This document shows positions 8,973 through 17,040 of a stretch of DNA of 50,841 nucleotides, piece after piece. Numbering within the stretch: position 1 is the stretch's first letter; every line of letters begins with the position of its first letter. The notes under the pieces are model-generated. The model did no database searches. It had not been told where the DNA came from and saw only the letters and a list, made by a program, of their open reading frames with translations. A program made the translations under genes and the position numbers. Origin of the DNA: Sumerlaeia bacterium. Its GTDB lineage: Bacteria; Sumerlaeota; Sumerlaeia; SLMS01; JAHLLQ01. The stretch lies in contig JAVJSW010000072.1 in assembly GCA_040219255.1 (NCBI GenBank), positions 1-50,841 of the forward strand, in the 5' to 3' direction.

Positions 8973-9016
8973 AAAAAAAACGAAGCCTCCCCAGACCGGG
9001 GTCCAGAGAGGCTTCG
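8973..9016 (-). terminator. Rho-independent terminator of sdhCAB
   Basis: CGAAGCCTC...GAGGCTTCG stem followed on the minus strand by T8. Confidence 0.8.
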
Positions 9017-9044
9017 CACGATCAATTGTCGATGAGGCTCCAGC

Positions 9045-9833
9045 TTAGAAGCGGAACATCTTCTTGAAGGCCGCCTTGGTCACCTGGCCGCCGATGGCGG
9101 CGATGGCGTCGGTCAGCGGGATGAACTTCGGGCAAACCTTCACGCAATTCTGCGCGTTCCCGCAATCCACCACGCCGCCCGGCCCCATCAACTCCTCCAG
9201 ACGGTCGTCCTTCAGGTGGGCGCCGATCGGGTTCTCGTTGAACAGGTAGGCCTGGCCAATGGCGTGGGCGCCGATAAAGGCGTTGTCCTCGTGGTATTGG
9301 GGGCAGGCTTCCAGGCAGCAACCGCAGGTCATGCACTGGGCGTAGGCGTACATGTCCTGCTGTTTTTCGGGGCTGATGCGGGGGCCCGCACCCATTTCGT
9401 AGGTTCCGTCCAGCGGCACCCAGGCCTTCACCCGCTTGAGCGCCTCGAACATCCGGGTGCGGTCCACGACCAGGTCGCGAATCACCGGGAACTTCGTGAA
9501 GGGCTTCAACTCGATCGGCTGCTCCAGGTGATCGACCAGCGTCACGCAGGCTTGCCGCGGCACGCCGTTGATGTTCATCGAGCAGACGCCACAGACGCAT
9601 TCCAGACAGCCCGATTCCCAGGAGGGAGGGGTGACCTTCTTGCCGGCGGAGTTGACCGGATTGAGGCGGATTTCCATCAGAACCGAGATGACGTTCATGT
9701 TGGGCTGGTAAGGCACCTCGAACTCGTCCCAGTAGGGCGCGTCGTCAGGCCCCTTCTGACGCATCACGCGAACGGAGATGGTATTTTTCTCTTTGCTGGC
9801 GAGGGCCGCCGGCTTTTCTTCTGTCTTAAACAT
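9045..9833 (-). CDS. sdhB: Succinate dehydrogenase/fumarate reductase iron-sulfur subunit
   Basis: CLECVCGVC, CMTCGCCLEAC and CGNAQNCVKVCP cluster motifs; AAGGA RBS. Confidence 0.96.
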   Translation of the reverse strand: MFKTEEKPAALASKEKNTISVRVMRQKGPDDAPYWDEFEVPYQPNMNVISVLMEIRLNPVNSAGKKVTPPSWESGCLECVCGVCSMNINGVPRQACVTLVDHLEQPIELKPFTKFPVIRDLVVDRTRMFEALKRVKAWVPLDGTYEMGAGPRISPEKQQDMYAYAQCMTCGCCLEACPQYHEDNAFIGAHAIGQAYLFNENPIGAHLKDDRLEELMGPGGVVDCGNAQNCVKVCPKFIPLTDAIAAIGGQVTKAAFKKMFRF

Positions 9834-9865
9834 TCGTGGCCAATCCTTTCGTGCCGTCCCGTGAA

Positions 9866-11923
9866 TTACTTGTAAATCCGCGGCCGCGGGGGTTCGAAGG
9901 TCATCACCACATCGCGGTACTCGATGTCGGGCATAGCGCCCGCCTTGTAGGTCGCGATGGAGGACTTGTTCCAGACGCGCTGCGTTTCGACCCACTTCTT
10001 CATGTAGGCCAGGAACTCGGGAGAGACAGCCGTGTACGTTTCCGGCGGCGCGACAGCGGTGCCGCCTCCGCTGCCGGAACCGGCCACCATTTCCTTGCGC
10101 TTCGCCAGGTTCTTGAAGAGCACCGGGTTGGGCTGCGACGCATGCTCCTTATAGGTGACACCCTGCTTCTCTTCCAACTCCGTCACGAACTCCAGGTAGA
10201 TGTCCGTGTCCGCCGGATCGCCCAGCTTCTCCTTCTCCGGCTTGTCGAAGAAGTGATCGGGCTTGTAGTGAGCGCCGCGCGACTCGTCGCGCAGACGGGC
10301 ACCCTTGGCGATCGGCTTGGCCAGCTGGATCATGTCGTACAGCGAGCGCGCCATCTGGAACGTCTGGTTCACCGAGGAAACCGTGTCGTTCAGATCGATC
10401 TTCTCGTAGCGCTCTTCCAACTCCGTGATCTTCTCGAGCAGCGAGTCGAGCTGGTCGTTCTTGCGAACCACCGTGCAGTAGCGGGTCATCCAATCGCCCA
10501 GTTCGTTGTGCAACGCGAAGACGTTCTCCGAGCCACCCTTCGAGTCCAGGAGGCGCTTGTTAATCTCGCGCTGGCGCTTGACTTCGCCTTCGTAAACGCT
10601 CTCGGGCGCGTCGGCGGGATTCGCCTTGGTGTATTCCACCATGCGGATGCCCGCTTCCAGACCGCCGTAAATGCACGAAAGCAGCGAATTGGCGCCCAGA
10701 CGATTCGAACCGTGGTATTGGAAATCGACCTCGCCCGCGGCGAAGCAGCCCGGGATGTTCGTCATCTGGAACAGTTCGGTGCCGTTGTCCTGGGGCGCGA
10801 CCCACAGGCCACCCATGGAATAGTGCATGCCGGGGAAAATCAGCATCGGTTCCTTGATCGGATCGACGCCGACGAACTGGCGGTAGATTTCGAACACGCC
10901 GCCCAGTTTCCGCTCGAGGATTTCCGCCTGCTGTCCGCTCTTGGCCGGCGTGATGTCCAGGTAAACCTGATTCTTGCCGCCAGCGCCCATGCCCTGGTTG
11001 ACGCAAATATCGAAGATTTCCCGCGTCGCCACGTCGCGAGGCACCAGGTTGCCGTACTTCGGATACTTGCGCTCCAGGAAGTAATCGCGATCGTTGTCGG
11101 GAATCTCGGTGGCCTTGCGCTTGTCGCCTTTGGTCTTCGGCACCCAGACACGTCCGCCTTCACCGCGGACCGATTCGCTGATCAGGCGCAGCTTGTCCGC
11201 CCCCGGGATCGAGGTCGGATGCACCTGAATGAACTCGCCGTTGCCGTACTTCACGCCCTGCTGGTAAACCCGGCTGGCGGCGGCGCCGGTGTTGATCACC
11301 GAGTTGGTGCTCTTACCGAACACCATGCCCGGGCCGCCCGTCGCCAGACACACCGCGCCCGCCTTGAAGACATGCACCGTGCGGTCCCAGACGTTCATCG
11401 CGGTGATGCCTTTGCACCGCCCCGCTTCGTCGATCACCAAGCTCAGGAATTCCCAATACTCGTACTTCTCCACCTTGCCTTCGTTCTCGAACCGGCGCAC
11501 TTGCTCGTCGAGCGCGTAGAGAAGCTGCTGGCCCGTGGTGGCGCCACTGTAAGCCGTGCGGTGATGCAGCGTTCCGCCGAAGCGGCGGAAGTCCAAAAAG
11601 CCTTCCAGCGTGCGGTTGAACGGAACGCCCATGCGGTCGAGCAGGTCGATGATGGCCGGCGCCTTATGCGCCATGCCCACCACGGGGGGCTGATCGTTGA
11701 GGTACTCGCCGCCGAACAGCGTGTCCGAGGCGTGGATGTCGGGGTGGTCGTTTTCCCCTTTCATATTCTTGGCGGCGTTGATGCCGCCCTGCGCGCAAAC
11801 CGAGTGGCTGCGCTTGACCGGAACGAGGCTGAAGAGATCGACCGGCAAACCGGCCTCGGCGATGCGAATGGCGGCTGCCAGACCTGCAAGTCCGCCTCCG
11901 ACGACAATGATTCGATTCGACAT
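9866..11923 (-). CDS. sdhA: Succinate dehydrogenase/fumarate reductase flavoprotein
   Basis: GGGLAG, RSHSVCAQGG covalent-FAD motif, HYSMGG, RLGANSL and ESRGAHY. Confidence 0.97.
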   Translation of the reverse strand: MSNRIIVVGGGLAGLAAAIRIAEAGLPVDLFSLVPVKRSHSVCAQGGINAAKNMKGENDHPDIHASDTLFGGEYLNDQPPVVGMAHKAPAIIDLLDRMGVPFNRTLEGFLDFRRFGGTLHHRTAYSGATTGQQLLYALDEQVRRFENEGKVEKYEYWEFLSLVIDEAGRCKGITAMNVWDRTVHVFKAGAVCLATGGPGMVFGKSTNSVINTGAAASRVYQQGVKYGNGEFIQVHPTSIPGADKLRLISESVRGEGGRVWVPKTKGDKRKATEIPDNDRDYFLERKYPKYGNLVPRDVATREIFDICVNQGMGAGGKNQVYLDITPAKSGQQAEILERKLGGVFEIYRQFVGVDPIKEPMLIFPGMHYSMGGLWVAPQDNGTELFQMTNIPGCFAAGEVDFQYHGSNRLGANSLLSCIYGGLEAGIRMVEYTKANPADAPESVYEGEVKRQREINKRLLDSKGGSENVFALHNELGDWMTRYCTVVRKNDQLDSLLEKITELEERYEKIDLNDTVSSVNQTFQMARSLYDMIQLAKPIAKGARLRDESRGAHYKPDHFFDKPEKEKLGDPADTDIYLEFVTELEEKQGVTYKEHASQPNPVLFKNLAKRKEMVAGSGSGGGTAVAPPETYTAVSPEFLAYMKKWVETQRVWNKSSIATYKAGAMPDIEYRDVVMTFEPPRPRIYK

Positions 11924-11962
11924 GATAAGAGAGGGCTCCTTCCCTGTGGGTGGCGGCTTTGC

Positions 11963-12694
11963 TTACTTCACAATCTGTTCGTTACCAGTTGGCGGAAAGC
12001 TTTCCAACTGACCGTGGTCCAAAACCACCACGTCCGCCGGGTGAATCAGGAAGCCCACGATCGACGCCACCAGCATCCCCGTCAGCATCAATCCAACCCC
12101 CAAAGCGATCCAAGCCATCACCTTCTGGCTCTTCGGCCCCACCGTCAGGCCCCACGTCATGCAGAACGTGCACAACCCGTTGGCGAAGTGGAAGATCACC
12201 GACAGGCCGCCCAGCAGGTACACCAGCACCCAGAAGACGCCCGTCAGGCCCCGGAACAGATCCGCCATGTACTGCCAGTAAACGCCCACCGACTCGATGT
12301 GCTCGTAGGCGCGGTGCGGAGCGTCCCACAACCGCAGCCAGCCGGCATGGTAGGCGATGAACAGGAGCGCGGCCCAACCGCTCCACCGCTGCGCCGTGTA
12401 GGCCCAGTTGCGCCCGTACTTCATTTCCGTGCTGAGGAGATTGTTACGGCTCTGCAGCGCGATGACGATGCCCAGGATGATGTGGAGGGAGAGGGGGATG
12501 AAGATGAGGAGCGCTTCCACGAAAGGAAGCAGCGGGCCCATGGAGTGGATCAGATTGACCTTCTCGATGAACGCCTCCTGGCCAAAAATGGCCATGGAGT
12601 TCGTCGTCAAGTGTCCGAAGAGAAACACCCCGAGGGGGATGACGCCGAGAAGCGAGTGCAGTCGGCGCAGGAGGAAATACTGTAGGGGATTCAT
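11963..12694 (-). CDS. sdhC: Succinate dehydrogenase cytochrome b558 subunit (single-subunit Bacillus type)
   Basis: LRRLHSLLGVIPLG, QRWSG and FHFANGL...WG motifs; about five hydrophobic segments; first gene of the operon. Confidence 0.93.
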   Translation of the reverse strand: MNPLQYFLLRRLHSLLGVIPLGVFLFGHLTTNSMAIFGQEAFIEKVNLIHSMGPLLPFVEALLIFIPLSLHIILGIVIALQSRNNLLSTEMKYGRNWAYTAQRWSGWAALLFIAYHAGWLRLWDAPHRAYEHIESVGVYWQYMADLFRGLTGVFWVLVYLLGGLSVIFHFANGLCTFCMTWGLTVGPKSQKVMAWIALGVGLMLTGMLVASIVGFLIHPADVVVLDHGQLESFPPTGNEQIVK

Positions 12695-12702
12695 GGAGAG
12701 AC

Positions 12703-12722
12703 TTTGTGAATCCTTTCACAAA
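12703..12722. promoter_or_regulatory. Rex-type operator
   Basis: TTTGTGAA-TCCT-TTCACAAA matches the Rex consensus TTGTGAA-N4-TTCACAA exactly, 8 nt upstream of the sdhC ATG. Confidence 0.8.
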
Positions 12723-13401
12723 CTCGTGGCTTGGAAGAGAGAGAGCGATGGGAAGTGGAAAGCTCCCGCCTCATGGTCAGGAAATCGAAATCGAATCGGC
12801 CGCTCTCTAACCGCGCGTCAGGGAAGCACTGGCGCCGGGAAATCGTCAAGCCTTTCGGCGGCGCTTGCGGGTCATTGCCAACCCCGGTCAAATCAGCGGA
12901 GTGGGCAGCGATCGGAAGAGTATCGGAGAATGCGGACTCGATATTCAAGGGCAACCGCGCGGGGCGGGGCGGCGGCACTTTCGGCGGGGGGAGACCCGGC
13001 GGCCATGACACGCTCCGTTCCCGGGACTTGGGCGCCCGGGTACGCTCTTCGCTTAACGGGGTTGTATGCACGGTGGAGCGGGAAAGAGAGCAGAAAACAC
13101 TTTCCCCCCTTAGCAAGGACTTTATCATTGGGGACCACGCAAAGCTGCCGTCGCGAGACGATTTGAATTGCGGCCCCATGCACTCGGAAAGGAGGAATCG
13201 CGACAAACGATCTGCCGCCTTCGTGCACAGGGCGTCAGTATCGCTGACTGAGCCGTTCCCCGTTGGGTTTGGCGAGGTTGTGCTATTCCGGCGGATTTCT
13301 GTTTCCGCCACCCTTTTTTATCTTGAACTGGTAGTAACAGAAGAGGTTTTCGTGGGGCGGTTCCCTCACGAGACCACTTCATCATCAAAAGGAGTTCCGT
13401 A

Positions 13402-15060
13402 ATGACTCACGCAAGGTTGACGCAAACCTTCTGTGCCCTTTTCCTCGGCGCGATCATCGGCTTGACCGGATGTAAATCGTCGGGTGTTGAGGCCGAAACA
13501 AATCCCCATCCCGAGGTGCCTCGCGCCTCACAGCCCGCTCCGACCGCCGCACCGGCCCCCACGACCGCTCCCTCCACGGGCGCGGGCGACCGCCGCATGC
13601 CCGCCGGAGAGCGCCCCATGGCGCGTCCCGCCGGCGCCGGTCAGCAGACCGTCTCCCTGGCTCTGCCCACGGGCGATCCTTCCACTGGTATCCTCCTCAT
13701 CGAGAAAACCGGCCCGACGCAAGTCATCGCCGGCGCTCCCTTTGAGTACACCATCACGGCCACCAACCTGACCAGCGACCTCGAGCTTCGTAACGTCGTC
13801 GTCCGCGACATCCTGCCGGGCAACGTCACCGTCAGCAGCGCCGCCGACGCCCGCGTCTCCGGTAACTCGCTTGAGTGGTCCGTCGGCACGCTGGCTCCCG
13901 GCGCCTCCGACTCCATCGTCGTCACCGGCACCGCTGCCGGTACCGGCACCGTCGTCATCTGCGCCACCGCCGAATACGACGTCTTCCTCTGCCTGACCTT
14001 CGAGACGGTCCAGCCTCAGCTGGTCCTGACCAAGGAAGCGCCCCGTGAAGTGCTCTCCTGCGATCCGATCGAGTACGTCCTGATCGTCGAGAACACCGGC
14101 AGCGGCACCGCCTCCAACGTGCGCATCACCGATCGTCTGCCCTCGGGCCTGACGACCGACGGTTCCACCACGTTCGACCTGGGCGATATCGCCCCCGGTC
14201 AGAGCGAGCGCGTGACGCTGACCGCCATGGCCAGCAACAAGGGCTCCTACACGAACAGCGCGACCGTGACGGCCGACGGCGGCCTTTCCGCCACCGCCGA
14301 AACGACCACCATCGTTCGTAAGCCTGATCTGGAAGTCACCAAGACAGCTCCGGGCCGCGCCTTCATCGACAGCCGCTTCAACTACCGCATCACCGTCCGT
14401 AACACGGGTGACGCTCCGGCCGCCGATACGGTCCTGCGCGACACCCTGCCAGCCGGCATGACCGCCGACAGCGCCAGCGACGGCGGCCAGATCTCTGGCA
14501 GCACCGTCACCTGGAACCTCGGCACGTTGAACCCCGGCGACTCGCGCGATGTCACCATCACGGTCCAGGGCGCCAACGCCGGCATGTACACCAACACCGC
14601 CGAAGTCACCGCCTACTGCGCCGAAGCCACCGACCGCACCCGCTCCTCCGCCGACACCGAACTGTTCGGCAAGGAAGCGATCCTGCTCGAAGTGGTCGAC
14701 ACGGATTACGATCCGGTTCTCGTGGGCCAGGAGGGCCGTTACATCATCACGGTCACCAACCAGGGCTCGAAGACCGACACGAACATCCGCATCGTCGCCA
14801 CCCTTGACGGTATGGACTTCCTGCGCGCCGAAGGCCCCAGTGGCCAGCCGAGCGTGAGTGGCCGGACCATCACCTTCCCGCCGCTGGCCGAACTGGCTCC
14901 GGGTAACAAGGTCGTCTACACGGTCTTTGGCGAGGCTGTCGAAACCGGCGGCCGCCGCTTCCGGATCGAACTGACCTCCGCCGCGACCGGCTCCAACCCG
15001 GTTATCGAAACCGAATCCACGCACATCTACGACGAGTCGTCCTTCGGCGACTCCAAGTAA
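13402..15060 (+). CDS. DUF11-repeat lipoprotein, OmcB-like
   Basis: Lipobox LTGC, Pro/Ala linker, repeated YxIxVxNxG...V.DxLP Ig-like units, and LLEVVDTDYDPVLVG...YIITVTNQGS resembling the chlamydial OmcB C-terminal unit; AAGGAG RBS. Confidence 0.85.
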   Translation: MTHARLTQTFCALFLGAIIGLTGCKSSGVEAETNPHPEVPRASQPAPTAAPAPTTAPSTGAGDRRMPAGERPMARPAGAGQQTVSLALPTGDPSTGILLIEKTGPTQVIAGAPFEYTITATNLTSDLELRNVVVRDILPGNVTVSSAADARVSGNSLEWSVGTLAPGASDSIVVTGTAAGTGTVVICATAEYDVFLCLTFETVQPQLVLTKEAPREVLSCDPIEYVLIVENTGSGTASNVRITDRLPSGLTTDGSTTFDLGDIAPGQSERVTLTAMASNKGSYTNSATVTADGGLSATAETTTIVRKPDLEVTKTAPGRAFIDSRFNYRITVRNTGDAPAADTVLRDTLPAGMTADSASDGGQISGSTVTWNLGTLNPGDSRDVTITVQGANAGMYTNTAEVTAYCAEATDRTRSSADTELFGKEAILLEVVDTDYDPVLVGQEGRYIITVTNQGSKTDTNIRIVATLDGMDFLRAEGPSGQPSVSGRTITFPPLAELAPGNKVVYTVFGEAVETGGRRFRIELTSAATGSNPVIETESTHIYDESSFGDSK

Positions 15061-15120
15061 GTGACGCGAACCTCGTGAGGATTCGAACCCACCCGGTTCA
15101 GTCTTCGGGAAAACCCTAAC

Positions 15121-15165
15121 GGCACTGGCCCCCGGCGAATCGCTTCGCTGGGGGCCGTGTCGTTT
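15121..15165 (+). terminator. Probable terminator hairpin
   Basis: GGCCCCCGGCGAA-tcgc-TTCGCTGGGGGCC followed by GTGTCGTTT. Confidence 0.6.
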
Positions 15166-15189
15166 AAGCGCCGGAAAGGACATCCTCCC

Positions 15190-15702
15190 ATGCCGCCGGA
15201 AAGCGCCGGAGTGCTGATTGTTCGGCACCACCGGACTCGCCATGAGGTTCTTCTGGTGCATCCCGGAGGGCCCTTCTTTCGCAAGAGGGACCTCGGCGCC
15301 TGGACCATCCCAAAAGGGATGGTGGAGCCAAAGGAGTCTCCCGTGGAGACAGCCCGCCGCGAGCTGGCGGAGGAACTGGGATGGGCCATCCCACCGGCGC
15401 CGGAGCGCCTCATCGCCCTCGGCACCGTGCGTCAGAAGGGCGGCAAAATCGTTCACGGCTTCGCCATGGCGTGGGAGGGCGAGCCCATCGACCCGGAGCC
15501 GCGCGCCAACTCGGTGGAAATCGAATGGCCGCCGCGTTCGGGCAAACGACTGAGTTTTCCCGAAGTGGACCGGGCCGAGTTTTTCCCCCTGGCTGAAGCC
15601 AGCCAGAAAATCCTCGCGGCTCAGGTGGACTTCCTCGATCGGTTGGCGCAGATGCTGGAACGGCGGGCCATTCCTTCCCCCCCGGATTGTCCGCTTTATT
15701 GA
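15190..15702 (+). CDS. NUDIX hydrolase
   Basis: LLVHPGGPFF, the Nudix box in WTIPKGMVEPKESPVETARRELAEELG, and EWPPRSG...FPEVDRA. Confidence 0.92.
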   Translation: MPPESAGVLIVRHHRTRHEVLLVHPGGPFFRKRDLGAWTIPKGMVEPKESPVETARRELAEELGWAIPPAPERLIALGTVRQKGGKIVHGFAMAWEGEPIDPEPRANSVEIEWPPRSGKRLSFPEVDRAEFFPLAEASQKILAAQVDFLDRLAQMLERRAIPSPPDCPLY

Positions 15703-15806
15703 AATGTCGCCGCCCGCCGCCGGCTCCAGGGGGCTCCCGCCTTGACCTGCTCGCGGCGCGGCGCCAAGGATCGCCCCATTCTCAGCACTGGAGCCGACGT
15801 CCCGAC

Positions 15807-16991
15807 ATGCCGGAACTGATCGCTTGTGGCCTCCTCTTTACGTTCACCGCCCTGGTTGGCGCCCTCGCCACCTGGTTCGCCCGCGGCCTGAGCCACCGCA
15901 CGGGAATCCTGGATCACCCCGGCGAGCGCAAAGTCCACGTCAAGCCCATCGCCTACCTCGGCGGCCTCGGGATGGTTTTCGCCACCCTCCTCGGTCTGGC
16001 CCTGATGGTGGTCTTCGATCCCTTCGAGGTGGCCATCTCCGTGCCCCTTCTCACCGCTGTGGTGCTCGGCTTGCTCGCGATTTTCCTGGTCGGCCTCTGG
16101 GACGATGTCGTCGGCATGAAACCCTTGGTGAAGCTCGGCGCCCAGATTCTCGTGGCCCTCGGCCTCTGGATTGCCGGCGTGCGCATCGAACGCGTGGCGA
16201 TTTTCTCGACCCCGACGGAACTGATGGGCGGGGGTGAAGGCGACTTGATCGCCTTCGTTCTGGCCAGCCTTCCCAGCATTCTTCTCACCGTCGGCTGGTA
16301 TGCGGCCCTGATGAACGCGATCAATCTGATCGACGGCCTCGACGGCCTGGCGGGCGGCGTGTCGTTTATCGCCGCGCTGACGCTGGGGGCCGTGGCGCTG
16401 ATCGTGCCCCACAATGGCATGGCCCTCGGTGTGGCGCTGCCGTTCATCGCGGCGGGTGCGATCCTTGGGTTTCTGTTCCACAATTGGCATCCGGCCAAGA
16501 TCTTCATGGGCGACGCCGGATCGATGTCGCTCGGCTATCTGCTGGCCACGGCGGCGCTGGTGGGTTCGACGAAGTCCCCGGCCCTCTTGACCCTCCTGCT
16601 GCCCTTGGTGGCGCTGGGCCTGCCGCTTTTCGAGACCGCCTTCTCCTTCATCCGCCGCATCCTTACCGGCCAGAGCCCCTTCAAGGCCGACCGCCGCCAC
16701 CTGCACCATCGGTTGCTGGACGCGGGTCTGGATCAACAGCGCGTCGTCCTGGTTTTCCTCTACGTGACGCTTTTCCTGGGCTTGAACTCGATCCTGCTGG
16801 CCAAGGCCAACAGCGCCCTCCTGCTCCTCAACGTGATCTACCTGGGCGTGGGCATGCTGATGCTGATCGAGTACCTGGCCTTCACCGCCAAACGGCGCGA
16901 ATTGCGCGAGGCCGCCGAGCGCGAAAAATCCGCAAGCGCCGCACCGCCCGCTCCCGCCCAGCCGCTGACCGCCATCGAGAACTCCGCCTGA
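15807..16991 (+). CDS. Undecaprenyl-phosphate GlcNAc-1-phosphate transferase (WecA/TagO, MraY superfamily)
   Basis: RKVH...LGG, GLWDD, NAINLIDGLDGL, KIFMGDAG and DRRHLHHRL motifs. Confidence 0.92.
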   Translation: MPELIACGLLFTFTALVGALATWFARGLSHRTGILDHPGERKVHVKPIAYLGGLGMVFATLLGLALMVVFDPFEVAISVPLLTAVVLGLLAIFLVGLWDDVVGMKPLVKLGAQILVALGLWIAGVRIERVAIFSTPTELMGGGEGDLIAFVLASLPSILLTVGWYAALMNAINLIDGLDGLAGGVSFIAALTLGAVALIVPHNGMALGVALPFIAAGAILGFLFHNWHPAKIFMGDAGSMSLGYLLATAALVGSTKSPALLTLLLPLVALGLPLFETAFSFIRRILTGQSPFKADRRHLHHRLLDAGLDQQRVVLVFLYVTLFLGLNSILLAKANSALLLLNVIYLGVGMLMLIEYLAFTAKRRELREAAEREKSASAAPPAPAQPLTAIENSA

Positions 16992-17040
16992 CGCCTTCCC
17001 GCTTGTGCCCCGGCGCCGCCGCCCTCATGACCCGGTGCCG

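Noticed and set aside
9836-12685. 949-aa plus-strand ORF
   Set aside because: Antisense shadow of sdhA/sdhC caused by GC-rich codon bias; no motifs.
13528-15456. 642-aa minus-strand ORF
   Set aside because: Antisense shadow of the DUF11 lipoprotein and NUDIX genes.
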